NCBI GenBank assembly: GCA_977016875.1
Contig: CDRNST010000047.1
Coordinates: 1,240,001 to 1,304,000 of the forward strand
DNA from: Pavona decussata
Lineage: Eukaryota
Direction: 5' to 3'
DNA length: 64,000 bases
Positions within the stretch are counted from its first letter, which is position 1. Every line of letters begins with the position of its first letter. The position numbers and the translations under genes are program-made. Below the pieces are notes generated by a model. That model saw only the letters and a list, made by a program, of their open reading frames with translations, made no database searches and was not told the DNA's origin. Below, in pieces: positions 53,990 to 64,000 of the stretch.

Positions 53990-54048
<59 letters not shown>

Positions 54049-54518
54049 GACAATGCCCGGCCCAGTTGCTTTAACTGAATGCTAAAATGTACAGTGGTTA
54101 CTGCAATGATGCATGGAGAAACCATAAAAATGACCTTTTCCTTTCAATTATTTTTTCGGAATAGACCAAAAATTAAACGTCAGCTGATTATGTCAACAAA
54201 CGCTGAAAAAATTAAACTAAAAGTTCCCGAATGGGTGATTATTAACGAGGTTCCAAGATGAACAAAATTATTATAGTTACACGTCGCTTTAGTAAAAGGC
54301 TCTTTTTATAACGGTCTCATCCCCTTAACTTTCCCATTTTACACCAAGGAATTATTGCTTCCACTATTGGTACGATGTTATTTGAGATGAATATGAACGA
54401 AAAAAGTATCGTAAAAGAAAATAGAATTTTTCCGACAGGGAGATTGAGAAAGCATTCGCTCCATCAAAAGACATACATAAGTTACGCAGAAGTTTATCAA
54501 ACTTTGATTCTCTTTTAG

Positions 54519-54697
54519 ATGTTATCCTGGAAGCTCGACAAGAGAAAAATCGCCGTCCCCCAAGGCGCACGCGCACAGCCTTCACGCACCAACAACTGGG
54601 AATACTGGAAAAATCCTTCAGCAAAACGCATTACCCGGATGTAGAGCTTAGAGAGCAGCTTGCTGCAAAGACCAACCTACAAGAAGGCAGAATTCAG
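54519..54697 (+). CDS. Dmbx: Dmbx-B exon 2 ([60 protein letters not shown])
   Basis: tcttttag| acceptor, CAG|GTAAAG donor; Dmbx DxILEAR motif and homeodomain. Confidence 0.92.
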
Positions 54698-54906
54698 GTA
54701 AAGAGAACATCCTAGTGCACACTTGTACCTACACTCACCCGGTTACGTTTATTATAAGAACAACTTCTGTATACGTTCACGTCTCGGCCCCTGAACAGTC
54801 CATAACGAACCATTGTATCTGTGAAGGACCTTCCACAATGATAAATGAAAAAACACCATTTTCTTTTTTGTCATAGTTATAACAGTTTTTACTTTGTTGG
54901 TTTTAG

Positions 54907-55245
54907 GTTTGGTTTAAAAACAGACGTGCAAAATATCGTAAGGAGGCAAAACGATATTTCTCCCCAGAGAGTTATGAAAGTGAAGATGAAGACATTTCTG
55001 TCGCCTGTCACATGACACAGACCCAAGAGCCCTCATCCTATTTTCAGTGTAATACAGCAATGCCGTACTGCTGCAACTATATTGATCCTATGGATTCAGC
55101 AAGACATATTGGATTTCCCTCAGACATATACACACAGTTTTCTGCATATGCACCATTGGCACATGCCAATGGGTATCGCACATTCTCATATGCTAATAAT
55201 CGGATTATGGATCATGCGCATTTGGGGAATATATGGGGCCGGTAA
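54907..55245 (+). CDS. Dmbx: Dmbx-B exon 3 (VWFKNRRAKYRKE... to GR*)
   Basis: ttttag|GTT TGG TTT AAA AAC, in frame with track ORF 55012-55245. Confidence 0.9.
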   Translation, partial: VWFKNRRAKYRKEAKRYFSPESYESEDEDISVACHMTQTQEPSSYFQCNTAMPYCCNYIDPMDSARHIGFPSDIYTQFSAYAPLAHANGYRTFSYANNRIMDHAHLGNIWGR

Positions 55246-56379
55246 TACGGAGGGAAAGAACACTCATTAAAGTGGCTCTCCATTTTGCAGCGCGAACGAT
55301 GTGTGTTTTCGAAACAGTGGCGGATTGAAGCTCCCGAAATCGTAAGGGCCTCCGCCAGACTTCCCAGGATATCAGTACCTACTATGTGAGATTTTCTTAG
55401 GGCTCCTTAATTCACCCTTGCTTCCAATGCTTATGATATGAGACAATCGTCGGACATTATGGAACGAACCCCTAAACGGTACCAGCTAGCGTCGCAGAAC
55501 ACCCTCGCACAATGAACGAGACATTAATCTGTTAAATAACTTTCAAGAAAAAGCGAGACAAGGGAATTCGTTGAAGGGAAGGCGTGCCGGATGTTATAAA
55601 TATATATATATTTCGATACAGTACAAGTTTCCCAACGTATCGTTTCGGAACGAGTTATGCAACCTAAGAAATTGGTCCTGCGAAGGAGGTATCGGCTGCT
55701 TTACATAGCTTTTATCTCGAGATGAATTTAGGGCATTTTTCTGCATAACTTTAAACGTTTTATCTGTTTAGAAGGTCTTACTGGCCACTGGATTTGCTAT
55801 GGTAAAAACTAAAAGGCCGCCTTAACAAAATGCAGCGGCCGCTGGAAGAATCGACACGACGGACCATTACACGTAAATTGCTAATAAAGTCTGTTATTGA
55901 ATTCATACTACTACTGAAGGCTCTCACATCTTTGACTCGTTCTGCCGAGTAAAAGATGGGACTCGTTTTGACTCGTGTTATGTTGTGCTCTATAGCCGTT
56001 TAAATTTGTAAACCAGTGGTAGACATCTTAATATCGGAGAAATAAATTTTAAGAAAAGTACAAACAGGAGATAGGGCTTGACTTATATTCACTGTGTTAG
56101 CATTCTCAGTTCTTTCCGGGACATTCACCAATGTCGAGTAGAATGATACTGATTGTCTTTTCACCCGGAAATTGCATATAACTTTTTCATACATGAGAAC
56201 TGCTAAAATAAAGCCCTGCACTTGAAAAGAGCAAATACAAACAGCAAATCGCTCCCACAGTGATTGTAATCCATTCTCTGTTAGTAGCATTCTGAAGAAG
56301 AAGTCTTTCCCACTTAACGAGGACACTGGAGAATCGTAAATCTCCCATTCCAACTCCCACACTTTGTCAGTTGCCTTCT

Positions 56380-56493
56380 TAGCCTACGTGTAGCCGTACC
56401 TACCCCACCCCCATGGAAAAACAGGAGGAGGGAACGGAAGGGTTCAGTGCTCACGCTTTTCCTCGGAGGATGGGTACAGCTACACGTAGGCTA
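56380..56493. mobile_element. Small TA-flanked MITE
   Basis: TAGCCTACGTGTAGCCGTACC ... GGTACAGCTACACGTAGGCTA terminal inverted repeats. Confidence 0.75.
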
Positions 56494-59070
56494 ACTTGTA
56501 CCTTTACCTTCTTAGACTCCCTTTTTACCATTCTTTTATAATTGAATCTCACTGAACAACCTTTCCGGTTAATACCATGAATCACTATAATTCATAGTCT
56601 CATTTGTTAAGTGTCTCATAAAGAACTTCTCTTGTAAGCAACTGCCTTTCCTATTCCTGAGAGTGGTCTTTCACTGACGAATTAGTGATTCACTTGAAAT
56701 TTGCATAAACGATAGAATATTACACTCCTGCTGGCATGTTACCTCCTAAAAACCATTGGAAGACATAGTTCGCCCAAAGCCTAAACCATCTTGATCAAGG
56801 CAATCTTCAAACAGAGAAACACAATACCTGAAAATTATACCATTTGCATTTTGACTGAGATTTAACACATATTTGGAAGATCGACTTTGGGATTTACACA
56901 AAGGATACACTGTAAAGAGTGTAGTGTCCTGGGAACTGTCAATGCCCAAGGCAGACAGATCAGTAGAAGGCGTTTTCTTGATCAGCAGCTACAGCCCTAG
57001 CCGCCGGGCACAAGCTACCAACAAAATCACGAGTTACCAATAAGAGACCCAAGATGGTTCTTTGCTGAGAATGGTGTCAGCCACTGTTAGGGGAACGTTT
57101 ACTTAATACAAGCAACAGAACAAGAAAGGCGAAAAGGAGTGAAGAGGTTTATTTGGATAACATTGAGTAGTCAGTGCGGATAAAAAAACACTATCGAGCG
57201 AGTTAGACCAAACTAGTAGCTCAATTGGCTAATTGGATTAAATAAAAGGATCTTGTGCCTTGTATTACACTCCACGCTACTGTGGTCTAATCAGATTACT
57301 TATCACCTAAATTCTTTCCTGTTTTAAATTCACGGCGCGGGCACCGGAAACCGATAAAGAACCCAAGTTCTACCAAACCGGGCAGCTTCATCATAGCCTT
57401 TTTTGGTGAATTATTAGAGCACGCTCAAGTTCAAAAACCAACATTTCCATTTCCAACAAGCTCAAAATTAAACACTTCCAAATTCCAGTTCTATCTGGAT
57501 TATTGTCAAGCACTTCATCATGAACCTCTTGCTCAGGAGATTGTGCAAGCACTCCCCATGTTATTCACATTAAAAAAACAAAAAAACAAAACACTTTACT
57601 TTACTTTAGCACAGAGAATCAGATTGCTTCCAGTAGGTGAGAGATATTCAGTTTCATTTTTAACAGTTTTGTAGTTCAGGTATTTCTTGCTGAGAATTAA
57701 TTAATGGAAGGAGAACGTCATCTTCTTGTCACATGTAGACCTTGTCGCCAAATACTGCATGGTACGTGACGTTGCTTTTGTATCTAGAATAAAGTATATA
57801 CTATGTGTAGACATATTTTTATAACGAACAATTATAGTGTTACCAGGTTGTTTTGGAACAGAGCCCTGTGTCTAATTGGGATGTGATAAGTTTGTCAAGG
57901 ATAAAGGAGAAAGTTTTAGGGAGAAAAGATATCTACAGAAAAAATTGTAAGGATTAGGGATAATTAACTTAATTTTAGGGTAACTCTAACCCTAATCTTA
58001 AGGATAGCAGACTTTCAATTTTAGGAGTTAGGAGTAACTATGCTAAAAATTACCCCCTTGGACACACTAATTTATGTCAGGCAGCACCTTCTGGAACTTC
58101 ACCCTTCAATAAATGGCTCTGTATATATATGTCTCAAAACAGTCCTGGTTTCTAGTTTTAAACGCCGAAGTGTCATCTATGACCTATGGTTCCCTTGCTA
58201 TTTATACTTTCACTGTGTGTGTGATTTAACCCATTCACAAATTGCAGTCTGCAAAGATGTGATGTGTGAAATCCTGAATGGGTAAAACTTCCTGCAATAG
58301 GGGTAAATGGACATGTAATATGCGGAACGTCAGTTAATTAATCATTCACAATGAATGAATTGAAAATTGATACACAAAATCAAACTGTTTTTACAGATCT
58401 TGTGATTAACTCAGTGTATTCACATACATGACTTTTAGTTAAAATACGTATGATATAGTAATATGATCAAGCACTATCATTCCAAACATTGGAAGGAAAA
58501 TATTTTTAGACTGGACGGCCCAAATGGGTCACCCGAAAGCAGTTCTCAGTTGTGATCAAGGCTTCTTCCTACTTGTATGTTCCGTATGTAGTGAAAATCT
58601 GGTTTTCCCCAAAGGCTTTGTGTCTTGAACAAATTGCAATCTATTTTCTCCCATTCCAGGTTTGAAAGATTTATTAGACAACTCGTTAAAATGTGATCGG
58701 AAAGCAACGACAACCGAGTCATAACATGAACTAGTGACCGTACCACGCAAAAGCACTGTTTAAGTCATTCACTTCTTTTTAAGTATTCTAACTATGTTGT
58801 AAGAAAATAAGATTCGAGGGAAACCGTCAATAAATATTATTGTAATATAACCTTAACATAGGCAATACCGACGTGCCCATTGTTACAAGGGCAATTAAAA
58901 GACGTATTTCGTTCATAGGTGGTTACAGCGAAGATCAAATGAACACTGTTTGTAATCTGTTACTTGGAGCTTATAACGGATGAACCGGTCAGTGTAAAAT
59001 TGTAACTGAAACCCTGGATTATTTCTTCATTTATCAACTGATGCGCGATAAACATCGGCGAGTAATGAAG

Positions 59071-59330
59071 AAAATTCCAAGACTATCTCACACTCGCCGC
59101 CTCTGTCGGTACGCATTTGAAAACGAAAACAATTTACTCCTGTAAACAGGAGGGAAAAAACTGACTAAAATTGACTAAATAGCTGCTGATAGATAGCGGG
59201 TGGGAGACACCTAGACCAATAAATCATAACTTCACAGGGTATCGCAAATGGGGATTTTCTTGAATTAATACCTTAATCCCGTGTCACGAAAAAAAGTTAA
59301 CAGCCTTCACATTTGCCTCTCTTGACAAAC
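59071..59330 (+). promoter_or_regulatory. Conserved upstream module of Dmbx-C (copy 3 of 3)
   Basis: GAAAACAATTTA(59125), TGACTAAAT.GCTGCTGAT, CAATAAATCATAA(59217), TAATACCTTAATCC(59266-59279), CTTGACAA. Confidence 0.7.
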
Positions 59331-59869
59331 ACCAGCTGATCTTTTATGTTTTAATTGAAACCTCGGCTCTTGCGATATCGAAGTTGAAACATCTTGTGCA
59401 CAACGTAACTTTACCACGAGATAAGTCCTCCTCGACGTATTGTAAACGTTAAGGTGTCTAATTGCTAATTTGGTTAATAGCATTAGCACATCACTCTTAA
59501 AATAAGTATAGGTGAAAGAACTCGGAAACGATTTGATTCATTGCAGTTTCTGGAGAATATACCCAGAGGAGGAGTCACCATGATTCCAATTCTTTAGGGC
59601 ACAAGCGGTGACTGATTGCATGGTTTAAAAGCACAGAGCGTCAGATGTTGGCATCTCAGTGTGACAGGGTCTTGGGGCATTTATCAATGTCACGTCTGCA
59701 GCTTAATTGCATTTACAGGACAGCTTGAAAGAAAACACGGTTATATTTGAAAACCGCACATGTAGTCGTCTCATATTTAGACACCGCAGTCGTGCAAAAA
59801 TGCCCAACTGATGATTGAAAGAAGTAAATTTCATTAAAAGGGCTCAGCAGTTATAGAAGGACGCCATTG

Positions 59870-60002
59870 ATGGATACGAATCCATTTTCAATTGAAAGCA
59901 TTCTGAAAAAGAATACTCCTTCGCCCTCGCTCGAAGACAACACAGAGGAAACGCAACCATCGACATCAACTGAAGCACTGAGTCTGGCGGTGAAACTAGC
60001 TG
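59870..60002 (+). CDS. Dmbx: Dmbx-C exon 1 (MDTNPFSIESILKK...STEALSLAVKLA)
   Basis: eh1 plus Dmbx motif; donor GCTG|GTAAGT, phase 1. Confidence 0.88.
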
Positions 60003-61471
60003 GTAAGTCTGTCAGTTATGTTAAACAAGGAATATCTCCAATAAACCACTCAGATTAAGTGTGTAACAGTGCAATAGTTTCTTGGCAGTGTGAAATGACC
60101 ACGTCTTAAACCATTTCAAAGTGTTTAAACATGTTTAATAGAAAAAGGCACTGCTGTTCAGAGAAAATCTAACATCACAATCTAACGAATAAGCTACAAC
60201 TTAGCATCTCTGCTGGGGAAGCAGCATGGCTTTGTCAAAGATCGATAATCTAAGTCTAAACAGATTTTGTTTTTCTATAACAAAGTACTTTATTTCAATT
60301 CGAGTGTCTAAATTGTTTTAAAATCAGTGGAACAGTTTCCCCGATGAACTTTCGATAGTTCTGGGCCCTAGAAAGATAACTGAGAGATTTAATTATTTAA
60401 TTTGTTCGTAATCTTTGTCAAAACCATTTTAACCGTAACTTAGATCCTCCACTGATTTGGGATGGACTGAATAACTACAATGAAGCTCACGGTTTTCGCG
60501 TTAATCCTGTTATCTTCCTGTCCCTTGGGGAAAAAGAAACGGACATTGCAAATTATTATAAACTTCCAACGAGCTAAAATATGAAGTTGCGATGTCAATT
60601 GCAAAAGACAGATGTGGTATAACTCTTAGGCTCACTTTGTAATTGTAAGTAAAGACGTTTATATGGACTACACCTGGAGATGTTATAAACTGCATGAATG
60701 CAATGGCTATGACTGCATTTTAAAAAGGTATCTGTAGTTGATTATTGTTTGGATTAAAAACGATGAAACCTTATCGATCAATTCAACCAAGTGGTACTTC
60801 TTGATTAAATGCGGAGAGTTTATGTAAACAAGTTAACAAGGAGAGGATGGGTTAATGTACAATTCAGAAGATAAACTATCTAAAACAGTTTAGTACATTA
60901 TATGTCTCTTTCTGTTGGAGCCTCTCAAACTTAAAAACAGCAAATCCTAAATAAACTGAGGATAGGGGTTTTCTAAGGAATGTCTTTAGAGATTGTAGCT
61001 CGAATGTCTATCATCTGGTGTATGGATACAACCCCAAGGGAAATTCCATTCTAAGTACTCTAGGCTGTATAGTATTGAAGGCATTAAAAAACGTAGCCTG
61101 AACGCCATGCACTTGGTAAAAAGTGACTAAAAAGATAGTAGTAAGCAGACGTTGGCTCCTTTTTAATTTAACGCATAACACATGCCGCACGCTTATGTTT
61201 ATCTGGCAGCTTATCAGAATTAGATACATTTCCCTGAACAATCTGGCGCCAGCAAAGTCTGGAAAATGATGATAAAGAAGGAAACGATTTCAAGAGCTTT
61301 AACTTATCTCTACTGCCAGTCCCTCTAAGTAACTCCAGAGGGCAAACGTTCACAGTTTTCCAACTCACGTTCTCAACTCAACGTGGTAATCAGGCACCAT
61401 AATAAGGACCCCTTACCAACTTCTGTAAACTTAGAAGGCAGCAAAAGTAATTAAATTTATGTGGGCATAAA

Positions 61472-61861
61472 GGACGGTACGTGCCTCCTAATAGAAAGGT
61501 ATTTTTTTCACAGTTTATGACTATGCGGAAAAAGCAGGTCTTAGGAAGGGATATTGAAACCCAAAATAAAATTTGGGGTAACCACGCATTTTTTAAGAGA
61601 TACTAAAGCAACACTAATTCTGAAAAGCCATAAAATTCCAAATAATGTATGGATTTTTTTCCAAATCGAGACTCAATTATCTCTGACAAATGCGTGATTG
61701 CCCCTAATTTTCAATAACCTTTGCTAAGATCTTCTTTTCCCGCACAGTTATAAACCGCGCAAAATTCCTTTGAGTTGTTAGGCACCGTCAGTGAGAAATT
61801 CTCGCCGAGCCAATCCAAGATGCGCTGAACGTATGCGCAGCAGTAAAAGGGACATCAGTCC
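61472..61861. mobile_element. Kolobok-like MITE, diverged copy 2 of 26742-27134
   Basis: Shares GGACGGT..., GGGGTAACCACGCATTTTT, AATGTATGG, AATTATCTCTGA.AAATGC.TG, AGATGCGC.GAACGTATGCGCAGCA. Confidence 0.75.
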
Positions 61862-63179
61862 TTGAATCTCTAAAGACTAGTGTAATTCATTGACTGAGAA
61901 GGTACAGGAAAGTTCCAACAGCGTTTAGTTTAAAATCATTGAACTTTAAACTTTCAAACACAAAAGCTATTGTGGTCTCTGTGCGTTAAACGGTTACAGT
62001 ACAGGAAACTGGGATTATATCAACGGCTGTTAATATTTATTCAAGCTTACTCTTTTAAATCTAGTTTCAAACTTTAGGTAATCCTCCTGGTAATGTTCAG
62101 ATACAGACGTTTAAGGGACAATTATTCACGATGCAAACCTATCATCGACAGCGACGAAAATCAAAGATAAAGTCAGTTCCCCGTCATAAGGACTCTCGAG
62201 GTGTTTTAGAAAATCAATAAAAATATTACCTTGACGAACTAAAGCGACTGAATCACGAAACAAATTTTTATTTCAAAATGAGAGCGAGAGGTTGTAACAT
62301 CCTCAGATAATTGCTCAGTACTGCTCTCTCGACTATTAACTAGGTTGATTAGTGAAATTACTCTACAAGAATTACATTATGTCAAGAACAGTCACTGTGG
62401 AAGACATTGTTCAATCCAGTAAAACAGGTGGAGGCCGCCGCCTTTTCTGTGCGCCCTGCTTTTGAGGATTCGCCGCAGGCGAGGTTATTTTGTACGTACA
62501 AGGGAAGCTCTTGGGACTGAACAAGACCGTACAAATAGTTTGATGTATTCGTGGCGATGATATCGAATGAATATTGTTGGAGACCAATTTTGATCTTGGT
62601 GCTGTTTCGTGGAATCTGCATCAGCTGATAAAACTGCATTTTTTTATATCCAAGTTTCCTAAGCATGTCACGCAAAAGCCACGCCTTTCTTTGAAGAACA
62701 CTTCAGAAAGACTAAAACTAGTACTGTGTTCACACTTGCACCAAATAGTTTACTCTGGTTTTGCTATAATTTGTGTTCATACTGAGGAGTCCTGGACGCT
62801 AAAACAGGTTCGCAACGAGGTTCTTTGACTATGATCGTGTGCTCTAGTGTAAACCATATGAGATCGGTTGAGTGTGGACTTTGATGCATGCAACCAGTCG
62901 GTGAAATGATCAATGGTGCGTCGAGGAAAGAATGAGTCAACTTTTTATGCTTTCAAGGGTGCCCTTCCTTTCTATCAATAATGGTAATGATAATAACAAT
63001 AATAGTAATGATACTCATGATGATGATGATAACACTAATAATGACAATGATAGTCTCTCAACAACTGGGCAGCAAAGATATTTCCTTGACTTAAATACAG
63101 CTTAAATTAGTTGCACTGGTTCTAAATGATTAGATGGCTACAACAACAAAATCAACAACAACAGTTAAACTACTACTAC

Positions 63180-63385
63180 TTTATATAAGTGTCACTGTTT
63201 TTAACTCTACAGTACCAATTTGGGCCGATACTGTAATTGATTAAAGGAAACACTACAAGCTCAAAGCAATTCTGTAAAAATCCCAACTGACAGGAGGGCT
63301 CACCAGATGACTATTTACATTTAGCATAGCGGAGGATTTGAACAAGGGACTACCTCGCGGTCTTGAACCCGAGAACTGCAAATCT
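63180..63385 (-). mobile_element. Degenerate SINE fragment
   Basis: AATCCCAACTG.CAGGAGG...CCAG.TG.CTATTTACA...GAGGATTTGAAC..GGGACTACC...CTTGAACCCG, which is B-box-like on the minus strand. Confidence 0.5.
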
Positions 63386-63710
63386 ACTACTGCAAATCTG
63401 TATAACACCTATATATGTTTCGGATTAACTTGTGATGGAAGTGAGGTATACGAAAGTAATTTATATGATTTGATTTGATTAACTTGTGCAGTCATTATGG
63501 CATTAACTCAATAAAGGAAATTATATGTCCTTTTTTTCCATGTCATGAAACGAGAAACCATGTTCAATTTTTTTCCAGAGAAAACCATACAAGGTTCTGA
63601 TTTCAATATAAAGATTGAAAAACTGCGCAGCGTAGTTAATTAATGAGAATTTAAAGATTATAAAATCGACGCTGTTAATTTAACGAACTTTTCTTACGGT
63701 ACAGTTTCGT

Positions 63711-63744
63711 ACCCTGAAGAAGGCAGCATTGCCGAAACGTCGGT
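63711..63744 (+). ncRNA. Minimal type-I hammerhead-ribozyme-like motif (Penelope type)
   Basis: ACC-CUGAAGA-A-GGCA(GCAU)UGCC-GAAAC-GUC-GGU: intact core, 4-bp stem II, 3-bp stem I. Confidence 0.5.
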
Positions 63745-63843
63745 TTTGATTGCGTCGAGTTTTAATTAGCGATTGTTGTTTTATCCTCTTGTGATTAGCT
63801 AAACCTTTAAGGCACCTTTACTAATACATACCTACATTTTCAG

Positions 63844-64000
63844 ATGTTATCCTGGAAGCTCGGCAAGAGAAAAATCGCCGTCCCCCAAGGCGCACGCGCA
63901 CAGCCTTCACGCACCAACAGCTAGGAATACTGGAAAAATCCTTCAGCAAAACGCATTACCCGGATGTGGAGCTTAGAGAGCAGATTGCTGCAAAGACCAA
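63844..64000 (+). CDS. Dmbx: Dmbx-C exon 2 (homeodomain), truncated by the window end
   Basis: cattttcag|AT GTT ATC CTG GAA GCT; encodes [52 protein letters not shown]. Confidence 0.92.

Larger units (their letters stand above)
49581..55245 (+). other. Dmbx: Gene model span: Dmbx-B, CDS join(49581..49710,54519..54697,54907..55245), 215 aa
   Basis: GT-AG exons with phases 1 and 0 give a 648-nt ORF with ALSLAVKLA|DVILEAR and a K50 homeodomain. Confidence 0.85.

Noticed and set aside
49581-64000. Dmbx-B and -C as an allelic/haplotig assembly duplication
   Set aside because: Exon 1, the introns and the TE content differ greatly; only exon 2 is near-identical.
37971-64000. Assignment of the three genes to Goosecoid or Otx
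   Set aside because: Despite the eh1 motif and K50, the ALxLAxx(L/M)A-DxIL(EAR) motif and the THYPD homeodomain are Dmbx hallmarks. The Gsc (RRHRTIF) and Otx (RRERTTF, WSP) signatures are absent.

Overview
AT-rich, intron-containing animal genomic DNA, most likely from an anthozoan or stony coral (inferred from gene and repeat content), with one assembly gap at 6679-6823. The main content is a same-strand cluster of K50 PRD-class homeobox genes that the ORF track shows only in pieces. It comprises a 3-exon Pitx/Ptx gene (14728-17293) and, after a ~20 kb gene-free stretch, three tandem Dmbx-family genes: Dmbx-A 37971-44607, Dmbx-B 49581-55245 and Dmbx-C 59870 to beyond 64000. Each Dmbx gene has an N-terminal eh1 motif, the Dmbx 'ALxLAxxLA|DxIL' motif and a homeodomain split by an intron. 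Three features stand out. (i) Intron 1 of Dmbx-B holds a fossil fourth promoter plus a dead exon 1, directly followed by an RLE-type retrotransposon in an (ATT)n tract. (ii) A ~250-bp non-coding module with conserved TAATCC (K50) sites is present in three copies. (iii) The homeobox exons of Dmbx-B and -C are ~97% identical while their first exons are heavily diverged at synonymous sites and the adjacent intron ends do not align, a gene-conversion-like signature. The window also has a minus-strand SGNH/PC-esterase gene with a hevein-like Cys module, a sense-strand minimal hammerhead-like motif in Dmbx-C intron 1, and many TE remnants (Penelope, CR1/L2, RTE, CRE-like, tRNA-SINEs, TTAA and other MITEs). 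All calls are by eye; no searches were run.
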